From Candidatus Latescibacterota bacterium (GTDB lineage: Bacteria > Latescibacterota > UBA2968 > UBA8231), in the NCBI GenBank assembly GCA_965223905.1, contig CBDCXV010000010.1, forward strand, positions 1,440,001 through 1,504,000: 64,000 bases of DNA, given 5' to 3'. Both the position numbers and the translations under genes were made by a program. Shown piece by piece: positions 26,844-37,293 of the stretch (position 1 is its first letter; each line of letters begins with the position of its first letter). The notes beneath the pieces were generated by a model. The model was not told the DNA's origin and ran no database searches. It worked only from the letters and a program-made list of their open reading frames with translations.

Positions 26844-26965
26844 GCGTGGTGATTGGGGGCCTGCTGCTGTCCACGCTGTTCACCCTGTTTCTGGTGCCTA
26901 CGTTCCTCAGCCTGGCGATGGATCTGAGAGCCTGGATCGGCCGCGTCGGGAGGGCAGTGTAAGGG
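26844..26965 (+). repeat. Diverged second copy of the RND permease 3' end (19518-19637)
   Basis: Encodes VVIGGLLLSTLFTLFLVPTFLSLAMDLRAWIGRVGRAV*, versus ...IGRFGRA* in the intact gene. Most differences are synonymous; both copies are followed by TAAGGG. Confidence 0.9.
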
Positions 26966-28255
26966 TGGACGGCCCCTCCCCCTCCGGTGTTACGTCGGTT
27001 TGGGGTTGGGTGCAGAAAGTACGTTCGTGGGAGCTGCTGCGGTCAGCGCCCCGGCACTTCGGAGATGCAGATCGAGTATCAGGCGGACCGATACGTACAG
27101 CCCCAGCAGCTAACGGAACGCTGACCACGGACGGCCGGAGCGCCCGGGTGGGCAGCACAGCGCCGGTCTCTTACTGGATACGCCCAGGGGGTCCCCGGCG
27201 CCGGTCTGTGGCTTCGCGGCAACGAATGGGAGGGAATCTTCACACTCCCGTGCGCACCAACCCAGTCATAGAGCAAGTCCCCGGAATACAACCGACGCGA
27301 GCACGGGTGGTCCGCCCATTGCTGTGTGGCCGGCACCATGCCGGTCACACCTGTCCGCCCACCCGAGTACCGCCGCCGCGAACCGGAAAAAGAGCCCCTC
27401 TACCAGATCCTCGCCGGGCATCTGGAAGCCTTTCTCCAGCACACCCGAACGTCCGAGCACCAACTGCCGCTCCACGTCGAGAAGGAGATGCGCGCCTACC
27501 TCGAATGCAGCATTCAGGCCTACGGGTTCGTGCGCGCCCGGTGTGAGGACTGCGGGGCGGGCTGGGCCGTTGCGTTTTCCTGCAAGAATCGGGGGTTCTG
27601 TCCCTCGTGCAGCGCTCAAAACGCCGTGGTCGGATGGGACCCGCCATCTCCTGCTGTCTCCGATGGAACTGCTGGAGAAGCTGGCGGCTCTGGTTCCCCC
27701 GCCCCGGTTTCATCTCCTGCGCTACCACGGGGTCCTGGCGCCCCGGGCCCTGGCCCGCGACCTCATCGTGCCGGCCGAGCCGGCGGCGGCGGACGGCTCG
27801 GCGAGCGCTGCGTCCTGCGGCCATCGGCTGCGGTGGGCGACCCTGCTGGCGCGGGTGTTTTCCTCCGACCTCAGCGAATGCGCGGCCTGTGGCGGGCGCC
27901 TGAGAATCATCGCCGCCCTGACCGATCCGGCCTCGATCCGATGCCATTTGACCGGCATCGGTTTGTCGGCCCGGCCCCCGGCCTTGGCCCCTGCCCGGAC
28001 CCCGCCGCAGCCGCCGTTCGAGTTCGCCGCCTGCCCTGCCTTCTCGACCCGTCGCCGTCGCCGGGCGTACGGCGGGGGGTGCCCTCAACGGTCCCTCAGG
28101 CCCCGGATTGATCCGGATACGGGCCTACAGGCAACCAAACTACTGCGAGCTCGGTCGAAGGACTGGCAACGATCCTCAGGGGAGTTGCCAGACCCTTGCG
28201 GTACGCTCAGCGCCTTGACCGAGAGTCCAAAAAAGGTGCCTCATTTTACCTATAC
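26966..28255 (+). mobile_element. ISCR/IS91-family element with internally deleted transposase, type B oriIS-like end
   Basis: N-terminal Zn-binding domain from 27338 (YRRREPEKEPLYQIL...AYLEC...GFVRARCEDC...VAFSCKNRGFCPSC) is fused at about 27611 to LKTPWSDGT...; the HUH and catalytic Tyr region is deleted. Ends ...cctcattttacctatac. The 5' (terIS) boundary is approximate. Confidence 0.88.
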
Positions 28256-28801
28256 TTTCGACGGACACGCATCTGTCGAAGCCTTGCCGCGTACCGAGGA
28301 GCGCGCCCCGAGCGGACCTATGGGTGCCCATCACGGGAGCGGCCTGCGTACGTTCGCGCCGGTGACACTGGATGCGGTAGTCCTTCTGAGCGGCGATCGG
28401 CGGCATCGGCGCCCGGAGGGCGCAAGCGTTAGCGATCGTTACCCGGAGGGACGAGACCGCTTCGGGCTCGGCTGGCCGAAGGCCAGTAGAGCGGGCCGCA
28501 AGGCAACGCCCCAGCGGAGGAGACCGGGGTGGTTGGAAACGGTCGGCGCTCGGAACACAATCGGTCGGCGGCGGGCTGCTTAGACGGTCGTCGTTAGGTC
28601 AGCTTGATCTGACGTTGGCTTGACCCCGGCAGAGCGGGACCGAGGGAGTTCGGTTCGCAGGTCCGCGGCGCCACCAGCTACGATTGACCGAAACAACAGG
28701 GAGAAGTGCGACATGACGATCGGCGTGCGTTCCGCCATCGTGCGATGCCAATGTGGTTTGGGAGCTGGGTGCACGGCGCCGGAATGAAGGGCAAGAAGAG
28801 C

Positions 28802-31800
28802 ATGGACATAGATGCATCGCCGGCAAGGCAGAGCGCGAACGGGGAGATCGTCGCCCATTCCCTGGGCGAGATTCGCTCGTTCCTAGATGAGCTCAAGCAC
28901 GGGAGCCGGAAGTACAGGACGATCGCCAGCCTCAGCGGCCAGATCGCGGAGGCCTATCGGGGACGGTGCGTACTCGAGCTGCTGCAGAACGCGCACGACG
29001 CGTTGACCGCGGCACCCGGCGGCGATCCCGGGCAGATCACGTTCGTGCTGGAGACCGAACCCGCGCCGGTGCTTCTGATCGCGAACAGCGGTCGCGCGTT
29101 CGAGCGCAGGGACTTTAAGGGGCTCTGCCGGCTCGGACAGAGCCCCAAGGATCCGAACAGGAGCGTCGGCAACAAGGGACTCGGCTTCCGCAGCGTCCTC
29201 GAGGTGGCCTCGGCGCCGGAGATCTGGTCGACCGGCACCTCGGAGGCCGGCCCCGCATTCGTCTTCCGCTTTGATCCGCAGGTGCGCGAGCGGGTTGCCG
29301 ATGCGCTAGCGGAACTGGAGGCGAAGGGACTCGAAACCCGTTCGCCGTTCGACCCGTCCGAGAGGCTCGTCGACTGGACCGAGGACCAACTGCAACGCTA
29401 TCGCGACCGGTTGAGGGCGGAGGGACTGGACGGTCCCACGGAGGCGATGCAGTACCTGTCGCCCTACGACCTACCGTTGCCGATAGGGGAAAACCGCGAG
29501 GCCACCGCCGAGTTGCTGCGCGACGGTCACGCAACCGTCGTGCGCCTGCCGCTCGACGGCGGTCGAACGGGGGACGTCGGCGAAGCGGTCGCGTCGGTGC
29601 GGACTCAGCTGGAGAATCTTCTGGACGTCTCGACGACGCTGTTCCTGTCCCGGCTGAAGACGCTCGTCGTGGCCATCGACGGTCGCCGGAGGACGGTTCG
29701 GCGGAGAGTGGATGCGGTGGAGGCGTTCGGCGAAGTCGGATGCGGACGGCGGGAGAGGGTGGGGATCTCGTGCTCGGATGCCGGGGAGGAGTCGGCGGCG
29801 GCCGCGCGGGTTTTGGTGTGGACGCGCGCGCTCGGCGGCGGCGACGACCCGGAGTGGGCGACCCGCATCGGCGACGCCGTGCGGCACCTGCCGAACAAGT
29901 GGCCCGAGGTCGATTCCGTGCAGGTGGGCATGGCCGTGCAGGAGGGGGAGGTCAGCGCCGAGGGCCGGTTCGTGATCTTCCTGCCGACCGAGATGGCGAC
30001 GGGAACCGGGGCGCACATCAACGCGCCGTTCTTCGGATCCCTGGATCGCCGACGGATCCTGTTCGAGGACGAGTACAACCGGCTGCTGCTCGACTGCGTG
30101 GTGGATCTCTCCCTGGACGTGATCGGGGATCTGGCGGCCGGCCAACCCGAGGAGGCCAGCGGCCGCGCGATAGTCGACATTCTCTCGTCGGATGGCGAGG
30201 TCGGCGAAATCGGCGATACCATGCTGGCGCTGCTGCGCGAGCGGGCCGCCGGCCGAGGCGCTCCGCTCGACGGCCGTCGGCTGATTCTGTGCGACGATGG
30301 CTGGGCCGCCCCCACGAAGGCGAGAACGATGCCCGAGGTGGCAGAACGTCTGGCGATAGGCGCACCGAACTGGCGGCGGGGCGCGGCGTTCAGGGTGGTC
30401 TCCTCTGCCCTCGACGGACGCGGGCGCGAGGTCGAAACCGTCCTCGAGGGGCTCGACGGGTCGGCGGCGCCGACGGCCGCGGAGTGGGTGCGGACGGTCG
30501 AGCGAGTGGCGCGCGGAGTGCAGTCGGGAGAGATCGACGCGACCTGGGACGGCTACCTGACGGCGACGATCGGCATGCTGCCGTGGAACCCCTTCAGGAT
30601 CAACAGGCCCGGCGCCGACGATGCGCTCGCGTCCGCGAGCTTTCTCCCGGTCCAGGATGGGCGCCTGATCAGTGCGGACGGTCCGGCCCGGGTCTTCTTC
30701 CAGCCGGTGATCGGGATCGACGACGCGGCGGAGCTGGTCGACACGGTGCCGGACTCCCTGACGCATCGGATCGCGTTCGTCCATAGCGATGTCCGGACTC
30801 ACGAAGAAGGGTCGCGCCGACGAAGTACGGAGGTGCACAAGTTCCTCGACGGCCGGTTCGCAAGAGGTTTCAGGCGGGAGGAGATCCTTCGGGACGTGGT
30901 GTTGGCCGCGGTACCGCCGATGCCGGCGGCGTTTGGAAGCGCGGAGGCGGCGCTGTGCGCGGAACTGGTGGGCTGGACTCTGGGGCTGCTCGGTGAGGAC
31001 CCGCCGGAGCCGCTGCTCGCACTGCTGGAGGACCTGCCGGTGGCGTGCGAGGGCGGGTGGCGCCCTGCACGCGAAGCCAGCTTCGGCGCCGGATGGCCAG
31101 AAAGGTCCGGCGAGAACTTGCGGACGCTCTGGGAGGAGCTATGCGGGGAAGCAGGCGAGCGCCTGCGCGCGAAGGCGCTGCTGGATCCCGGGGATGCGCG
31201 ATGGGGTGTCGACGTCGGCGGGCGGGCGGACCTCTTCGCACGCATCGGCGTCGCCAAGGGCCTTCGTCTGAGACCAGCGGATCGGCTGCGTTTCCAGATG
31301 GCGCAGCATGACTACGACCTTCCGGGCACGGCTCCGTCCGGAGTGCCCCGTGACGCCTGGGAGGCGTGGGGGGCCGCCGTGCGTCCGGAGGCCGAGCCCA
31401 AACACGTGGGTCCGTTCAACTACTATCTCGAGGGCGTCCTCGATCTGCCCGAGTTGCATGTCTGCGGCCACCTGAGCCAGGGGGGTCGCCGAGTGTTTTC
31501 GCGGCTCGTCGTCGATTCGATGCAGGGCTGGCCCGCCGGGTGGGAGCAGGCCACGGTGCGGAAGTCGGGCGGCGAAGCGAGTGTGTGGCGGATCACCTCC
31601 CCCCTGAAACACTGGCTGAGTGCGACGCCGTGGCTTTCGGACGGCGGCTTCGGGGAGCGCGTCCTTGCCGACCGCTGGCTGGTGCCTATGTCGCTTATCC
31701 GCGGCCAGGGCGAGCGGTTCCGTCACCTGCGTCCCCTGTCGCGCGAGTTGTCGCGCAGGCTGGACGGGGAAGCGGAACTGCTCGAGACGCTGCAACGACT

Positions 31801-34282
31801 GGGTCTCAACGTCTACCCCACCGATGGGGAGCGGATCGGGCCGGAGCTGCTCGACGCGCTGGCGGAAGCGTGGCAAACGGAAAGGGTGCTCCCGGGGCAG
31901 TTCGATGTGTTCCTGGGACAGCTGCGCCACGCCTGGCAGCACCTGGACGAGAGCAGGGGACTCCCGGGCGCTTTTCTGGTGCGGACCGCCCACCGGCGTT
32001 TCGAGGTGGTGGACGGCGCCGGTCTCGCCGGTGTGTACCTGCCGAACGACGCCGCGAAAGGGCGGGCGCTGAGGGAGGAGGACAAGCCCGTCCTGGAGAT
32101 GGAGGTCGCGCAGGCGAACCGTCTGGCTGGAACGCTGGTCGACGCGACGCCGGTCCGCCTGGCGTCGGAACTCGTGGAACGGGACGTGATCGACAGCGTG
32201 GTGTGGGGCGGGACGGAGGAGGCGGTGCGCGCCCTGGAGGAGACGCGCTACGGCTGGCTCGCCGCGCCCCTGCTGGCGATCCTGGCGCACGGCGGAGGGA
32301 ACCCTACGGGGCATGCGACGACCGCCTGGACGGCCGCGCTGAGCCGGCTCCGGGGCGCGGGCGTGCTTGAGTGTGGATCTATCGTGGTCGAGCTGGTGGA
32401 CGGGGAAGAGACCATAGCGAAAGGCGAACCTGCCGCCCGGTGGCTCTCGGGCGACGTGTTAGCCGTCACGAACGAGGTGGGGCACTCCTACGAGGCGCTC
32501 GCACCGGGGCTGCAGGCGATGCTCGACCGCCAGGATCTCCTGAAGGACCTGCTGCTGGTGCTGGGTCCGCTCGAAGGCGTGGAGAGACCCTCGCTCGAGG
32601 AGATCGAGAAAGCGTTGGAGCGCGCCCAGATCGACGCGCAGGCATTCGCGGACATCCGCAGCCGCTGGGCTGGAAACGCCGGGCTGGTGGCTAGCCGGAT
32701 CAGACCGGTCGCGGCATTGCTCGGAATAGCCGGCGATGGGTTTGAGGCGGCGACGGTCGACATGGATCGTCTGACGGACTGGCTGGCCGCCAACCTGCCC
32801 CAATGGGATGCGGCGGCGCTGATCACGGCCGCGCGCCGCAGCCGCGACGACCACGCGATGGGGGTTGCCGCGTGGCGTGCGTTGGGCGACTTGGCCGAGC
32901 TAACGGCGTGGAACGCGGTGCTGGAGGGGCTGGGCGAAGAATACGAACCGGTCGGGAACCGGGATGTGCAAGAGCAGACGAATGCCCATCTGGACGGGAT
33001 GCAGGCGCTGTCGGCGGCCCTTGCGCGCGCAGTCGCGGCCGATTGCGGCGAACCGGAGCTGTTCAGGAAGATCGAAGACGCAACGCACGCGTTCTCGGCA
33101 CCCGACGGCTGGTCGACGCGGTGGTGGGAAGTCCCGTTCGAGGCGGTGGCGGACGCCCTGTGCGACACCTGGCGGGAGATCGTCGACTCGGCGAATCTGG
33201 CGATGCTGAGGGGAACAGAGACTCCCGGGCAGCTGCGCGACGCCATCGGGGAGCGTGGCATCGCAATAGAACCGGACCCATACGACACCGCGCGCGTCAA
33301 CGGCGAGCGTTTCGGTCGCGTGCTGCTCGACGCGCACGACCTGCACCGGACGTGGTTGGAGTTCCGCGATCCGCATTCGAGAGTGCCGGACTTGCCGTCG
33401 GCGCCGGAGCTCGCCGCAGACGCGTACCTTCGCCGGTGGACGGACGCCGAGCTGTGGCGTCTCGCGCTGGCGACGCTGGGCGACGAGCGGTTCGCCCAAG
33501 CCTGCGGGGGCGATTCGGACCTGCAGACTATCAGGGAGCGGCTGGGCCTCGACGAGGAGGCCATCGACAGGAAACGGCGGGAACGGGCGGAGCGGGAAAG
33601 GGAAGCGGCGCGCAAGGCGAAGACGGTGGAGATCGCCGGCGAGTCCTTCGAAATCGAAGCGATCGACTATTCGGCGCTGCTCCGGCGGCATGCGGAGACG
33701 CTGGAGGATCCAGCCGGTCCACGGGCGAGCAAGGACGAGTTCACGCCGCTCGGTCCGCTTCGGGCCAGAGGCAGAGCCGGCGGGGGGGGGAACAAGGGCA
33801 GAACCGGGCATCGGCGCCTGTCCCCGGAGGAGGCCGAGGTGGTGGGCATCGTCGGGGAGATGCATGCCTACCGGTATCTGCAAAAGGAGTTTGGGGGACG
33901 GTCGGTCCGTGCGAGCGCATGGGTCTCGGAGTCGCGGTTGAAGGTCCGGCCGCTCGTGGAGGGCGAGAAGGACGAGATCAGCGACGGGCACGGATTCGAC
34001 TTCCGGTTCACCCACCAAGGCATCCGATGGCACGTCGAGGTGAAGGCGACAAAGGGTGATGACACGTCCTTCGACCTCGGCATCAGCGAGATCGAAGCGG
34101 CCACCCGCATCGCGAGGCGGCGCGGCAACACTTGGCGATGGCGAATCCTCAGGGTGCGTCGCGCCCTGTCGGCGGAGCCGGTGATTGACTGGCTTCCCAA
34201 TCCGTTCGAGGAGGGCTTCCAGAAGCACTACCGTCTGCATCGTGGCGGCATGGCCGTCTCCTATGCGCGCATACGGTCTTAA
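28802..34282 (+). CDS. Sacsin/NO VEIN-like GHKL ATPase with C-terminal DUF3883 (PD-(D/E)XK) nuclease-like domain
   Basis: LELLQNAHDA, IANSGRAF, VGNKGLGFRSV and HINAPFF..LDRR at the N-terminus; VGEMHAYRYL, DGHGFDF, VEVKAT and ISEIEAA at the C-terminus. Start uncertain (28706, 28784 or 28802). Confidence 0.85.
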   Translation: MDIDASPARQSANGEIVAHSLGEIRSFLDELKHGSRKYRTIASLSGQIAEAYRGRCVLELLQNAHDALTAAPGGDPGQITFVLETEPAPVLLIANSGRAFERRDFKGLCRLGQSPKDPNRSVGNKGLGFRSVLEVASAPEIWSTGTSEAGPAFVFRFDPQVRERVADALAELEAKGLETRSPFDPSERLVDWTEDQLQRYRDRLRAEGLDGPTEAMQYLSPYDLPLPIGENREATAELLRDGHATVVRLPLDGGRTGDVGEAVASVRTQLENLLDVSTTLFLSRLKTLVVAIDGRRRTVRRRVDAVEAFGEVGCGRRERVGISCSDAGEESAAAARVLVWTRALGGGDDPEWATRIGDAVRHLPNKWPEVDSVQVGMAVQEGEVSAEGRFVIFLPTEMATGTGAHINAPFFGSLDRRRILFEDEYNRLLLDCVVDLSLDVIGDLAAGQPEEASGRAIVDILSSDGEVGEIGDTMLALLRERAAGRGAPLDGRRLILCDDGWAAPTKARTMPEVAERLAIGAPNWRRGAAFRVVSSALDGRGREVETVLEGLDGSAAPTAAEWVRTVERVARGVQSGEIDATWDGYLTATIGMLPWNPFRINRPGADDALASASFLPVQDGRLISADGPARVFFQPVIGIDDAAELVDTVPDSLTHRIAFVHSDVRTHEEGSRRRSTEVHKFLDGRFARGFRREEILRDVVLAAVPPMPAAFGSAEAALCAELVGWTLGLLGEDPPEPLLALLEDLPVACEGGWRPAREASFGAGWPERSGENLRTLWEELCGEAGERLRAKALLDPGDARWGVDVGGRADLFARIGVAKGLRLRPADRLRFQMAQHDYDLPGTAPSGVPRDAWEAWGAAVRPEAEPKHVGPFNYYLEGVLDLPELHVCGHLSQGGRRVFSRLVVDSMQGWPAGWEQATVRKSGGEASVWRITSPLKHWLSATPWLSDGGFGERVLADRWLVPMSLIRGQGERFRHLRPLSRELSRRLDGEAELLETLQRLGLNVYPTDGERIGPELLDALAEAWQTERVLPGQFDVFLGQLRHAWQHLDESRGLPGAFLVRTAHRRFEVVDGAGLAGVYLPNDAAKGRALREEDKPVLEMEVAQANRLAGTLVDATPVRLASELVERDVIDSVVWGGTEEAVRALEETRYGWLAAPLLAILAHGGGNPTGHATTAWTAALSRLRGAGVLECGSIVVELVDGEETIAKGEPAARWLSGDVLAVTNEVGHSYEALAPGLQAMLDRQDLLKDLLLVLGPLEGVERPSLEEIEKALERAQIDAQAFADIRSRWAGNAGLVASRIRPVAALLGIAGDGFEAATVDMDRLTDWLAANLPQWDAAALITAARRSRDDHAMGVAAWRALGDLAELTAWNAVLEGLGEEYEPVGNRDVQEQTNAHLDGMQALSAALARAVAADCGEPELFRKIEDATHAFSAPDGWSTRWWEVPFEAVADALCDTWREIVDSANLAMLRGTETPGQLRDAIGERGIAIEPDPYDTARVNGERFGRVLLDAHDLHRTWLEFRDPHSRVPDLPSAPELAADAYLRRWTDAELWRLALATLGDERFAQACGGDSDLQTIRERLGLDEEAIDRKRRERAEREREAARKAKTVEIAGESFEIEAIDYSALLRRHAETLEDPAGPRASKDEFTPLGPLRARGRAGGGGNKGRTGHRRLSPEEAEVVGIVGEMHAYRYLQKEFGGRSVRASAWVSESRLKVRPLVEGEKDEISDGHGFDFRFTHQGIRWHVEVKATKGDDTSFDLGISEIEAATRIARRRGNTWRWRILRVRRALSAEPVIDWLPNPFEEGFQKHYRLHRGGMAVSYARIRS

Positions 34283-34661
34283 ACCTCAGCCAATGCGCGG
34301 CCTGTGGCGGGCGCCTGCGGATCGTCGCCGCCCTGACCGATCCGGCCTCGATCCGGATCTATCTGGAGGGAGTAGGGCTGCCGGCGATGCCCCCGCCGAG
34401 AGCCCCGCCTCAGCCGCTGTTCGAGTTCGCCGCCTGACTTCCTCCGCGATTCGCTCCCGGCGCCGTGAGGCGTACGGAGGAGTGTGCCCTCAACGGTCCT
34501 CAGGCCCCGGATTGATCCGGATACGGGCCGACAGGCAACTAAACTGTACTGCGAGCTCGGTCGAAGGACGGGCAAACGATCCTCCGGGAGCTGCCGGACC
34601 CTGGCGGTGCGCTGTCCGCCTTGACCGAGAGCCCAAAAAAGGTGCCTCATTTTACCTATAC
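34283..34661 (+). mobile_element. ISCR/IS91 3' remnant, type B, with oriIS-like end
   Basis: Starts immediately after the TAA of the sacsin-like gene (acctcagc...CAACGGRLRIVAALTDP...FEFAA*); ends ...cctcattttacctatac. Confidence 0.9.
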
Positions 34662-34898
34662 TTTGAACGGAATCGAAGCTCAGACAGTCGTGGTCCAAGC
34701 TGGCTCCGCTCTCTGGAGTGATGTCAAGGGATGGGGGGGATGTCCAAAGGACTCCTATCACCAGATGACTAGGGGATACTGGACGTCGCGATCTCGATGC
34801 CAGCCAAGGTCCCGTCCGAGAAGCAAAGCGTCAGAACGATAGAAATCCTCCAACGCCTCCGTGAGGAGGGGTGTCAACTGGAGGTCGATGGGGTCTGA
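34662..34898 (+). pseudogene. 3' fragment of an AIPR-family gene (degraded)
   Basis: LNGIEAQTVVVQAGSALWSDVKGWG / KGLLSPDD*GILDVAISMPAKVPSEKQS..IEILQRLREEG resembles the C-terminus of long AIPR proteins. Frameshift in a G run plus an internal stop. Confidence 0.55.
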
Positions 34899-35162
34899 CT
34901 GGGGATTTCATTACCAACTACGGCATCACTGCCGCATGGGGCGGAAGGGTGTCGAGTAGCGGACATTGCATCTCTATGGAACAAGTGGAAGAATTCATCA
35001 ACAGTCGCAACAAGGGATTCTGCGTTCATTGTGGGGAGTGGATTAGGACGGCAGAATCCAACAGGGATCACGTTCCGACCAAGGGTCTCTTGAACCCTCC
35101 TTATCCGGAGAACTTACCGGTGGTGGAAGTATGCAAACAGTGCAATGGTGGATTCTCTGAGG

Positions 35163-36047
35163 TTACCCCGATTTCACGGACAGTTTTGCGTTTGGATCTA
35201 CACTCTCTGATTGGTGATATCTCTCGTAGTTGACGGGAGACCGTTGTCCCAGGGCGGAATGCCGCCGCTGGCGATTGTACCCGCCTTCCAGGTACTCGAA
35301 AACAGCTAGCCGGGCCTCGGCATGGGTAGCAAACCGATGACGATCCAACAACTCCCTTTCCAGCGTGGCGAAAAAGCTTTCACACAGGGCATTGTCGTAG
35401 CAATCACCGACCGATCCCATCGACGGACGCACCCCGGCCTGGCGGCAGCGCATCCCGAAGGCCAGGGCCGTATACTGACTGCCGTGATCGGAGTGGTGGA
35501 TTACCGAGTGGGGACGACGCCGGTACAGGGCCATGTCAAGGGCATCGAGCACCAGCTGCGTACGCAGCTGGCTCGCCATGGCCCAGCCCACCACCCGGCG
35601 GCTCCAGGCGTCGACCACCACACCCAGATACAAAAAACCCGAAGCGGTGGGCAGGTAGGTGATGTCGGCAACCCACAGCTGATTCGGGCCCGAGGCCGAA
35701 AACACCCGGTTGACCAGGTCGGAGGCGACCCGGCCCTGCCGGCTACGGCGGGTCGTGGAGATCCGTCGCCGCCCGCATACCCCACGCACGCCGAGCTCGA
35801 GCATCAATCGGGCGATGCGCTTGCGACTGACGCCGCGCCCCTCCTCGGCCAGTTCGGCCCGGATCCTCGGCGCCCCGTAAGTGCCTCGGGAGCGTTGGTG
35901 GATCTGCTCGACGCGCGCCTTGAGCACCGCATCGGCCCGAGTGCGACCCGAAAGCGGGCGCTTCAACCAGGCGTAGTAGCCGCTGGGGGACACCTTCAGC
36001 ACGCGGCACATCGTGAACACCGGAAAGTCGGCCTGGTGCGCTCTCAT
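35163..36047 (-). CDS. IS3 transposase OrfB (DDE integrase core)
   Basis: YGAPRI, WVADITY, HHSDHGSQY and DNALCESFF. Confidence 0.93.
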   Translation of the reverse strand: MRAHQADFPVFTMCRVLKVSPSGYYAWLKRPLSGRTRADAVLKARVEQIHQRSRGTYGAPRIRAELAEEGRGVSRKRIARLMLELGVRGVCGRRRISTTRRSRQGRVASDLVNRVFSASGPNQLWVADITYLPTASGFLYLGVVVDAWSRRVVGWAMASQLRTQLVLDALDMALYRRRPHSVIHHSDHGSQYTALAFGMRCRQAGVRPSMGSVGDCYDNALCESFFATLERELLDRHRFATHAEARLAVFEYLEGGYNRQRRHSALGQRSPVNYERYHQSESVDPNAKLSVKSG

Positions 36048-36358
36048 GAACTCGTAGACGGGCCGGACCCCGAGTCGGCCTCGCGAGCGAACCAGGCCGT
36101 GGCTTTTGCCAGGATCCCCCGTTCGATACGCAGTTGCTTGTTCTCACGGCGAAGGCGCCGCAGCTCCTCCTGCTCGGGGCGGCTCGGCCCGTCGCGGCGC
36201 ACCCCCTCATCGCGTTCGGCCTGGATCACCCAGTTGCGGATCGTCTGCCCGGACGGCTCGAATTCCTTGGCCAACGCCTCCGGGCTACGACCCGCCCGTA
36301 CGAGCTCAACCATCTGTTGTCGGAATTCCGGCGGATACGGGCCATGTGATTTGGGCAT
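36044..36358 (-). CDS. IS3 transposase OrfA
   Basis: YPPEFRQQMVELVRAGRSPEALAKEFEPSGQTIRNWV...ELRRLRRENKQLRIERGILAKA. Confidence 0.9.
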   Translation of the reverse strand: MPKSHGPYPPEFRQQMVELVRAGRSPEALAKEFEPSGQTIRNWVIQAERDEGVRRDGPSRPEQEELRRLRRENKQLRIERGILAKATAWFAREADSGSGPSTSS

Positions 36359-37293
36359 GGTTGGACATCTCCTTTCTTTCTCCAAGAAATGAAGTGTCCA
36401 CGAAATCGGGTCAACTCCACTCATCAGACGAGGAGTATCTGATCGCCTTTCTCGGTACGGTGCTCAGTGGCTCAACAAGGCCTGATCCGGTTCGATTTCC
36501 TACAGCTGCTGGCATCTTGACCCGTAGCCCCCTACTGGGAAGGCGGATTGACCGGTCTCGAGCAGTCCAATGGAACCTGTCGGGGGATGCTGAACTCCTG
36601 TGGGAGCCTGAGCTTGACCGCATAGAGCGGGTGATCGTGAAGAACGCACGTGGACACGTTTTCTACGAAATCGGTGAGCCGATGCTTGGCCAACCGTCTC
36701 TCGTATGGTCATGTCCAATCCCGGCAATGGGAACACAACGGGTAGCCCAATACCGCCGCTCTCTGTTTGGCCAGAAGTGGGCAGCAGAATGATGGTGCGC
36801 GGAATTTTCACCTTCAACGATCCAGAAAACGGCCAGAGAGTTTACATTGACGATGGCTGGCAAGATGTTCAAGAAAGCATATACCGCTACGCCGTCGTTC
36901 CGCTGCCGGGCCAAGTGCTGGTCAAGACTGTAATCTATGAGTACCTGGCGACCGAAGTAGCTTGGGATGTATGAAGCGCAGCAGCATTGTGCAACTCGGA
37001 AGCCAGCCACAAGGCTTGGCGCGATGACTTGCAGAGAAAGCACACCCTTTTGCCCTTTGCCAAAGAGGGACTTGGGGGCAGGAGGCGCCCACTGTATGCT
37101 TTCAACCATAGAGAATGAGGAGTCCGCGCTCTACAGAGTTACCTCCCAGCGAAAAGTTCGCAATTCAGTCTTGGCAGGCCCACCAGGTCCTTATGAAAAG
37201 GACCCCCTCTCTCCGCTCCGCTAATCAATTGCCATAGATGTTTCAGTCTTCTGAGAGAGCGCCAGACCCTGAAGACGGGTCGAGGGGAGCCTG

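Larger units (their letters stand above)
35158..36419 (-). mobile_element. IS3-family insertion sequence, apparently intact
   Basis: TG...CA ends with imperfect IRs (tgaggttaccccgatttcacggaca / tgtccacgaaatcgggtcaactcca). 3-bp target duplication CTC at 35155-35157 and 36420-36422. Confidence 0.95.
34976..36974 (+). pseudogene. HNH-endonuclease-like gene interrupted by IS3, with a further frameshift near 36750
   Basis: CVHC...RDHVP...CKQCNGGFS rejoins in frame with SDEEYL when the IS and one CTC are removed. The C-terminal WPEVGSRMM...YRYAV...YEYLATEVAW is in another frame. Confidence 0.8.

Noticed and set aside
27324-28583. 419-aa ORF as an intact ISCR transposase
   Set aside because: The N- and C-terminal domains are in different frames, and the HUH and catalytic Tyr region is deleted.
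28500-28600. attC-like site ending GTTAGGT upstream of the sacsin-like gene
   Set aside because: No convincing RYYYAAC inverse core or paired L boxes, no repetition, and no integron integrase in the window.
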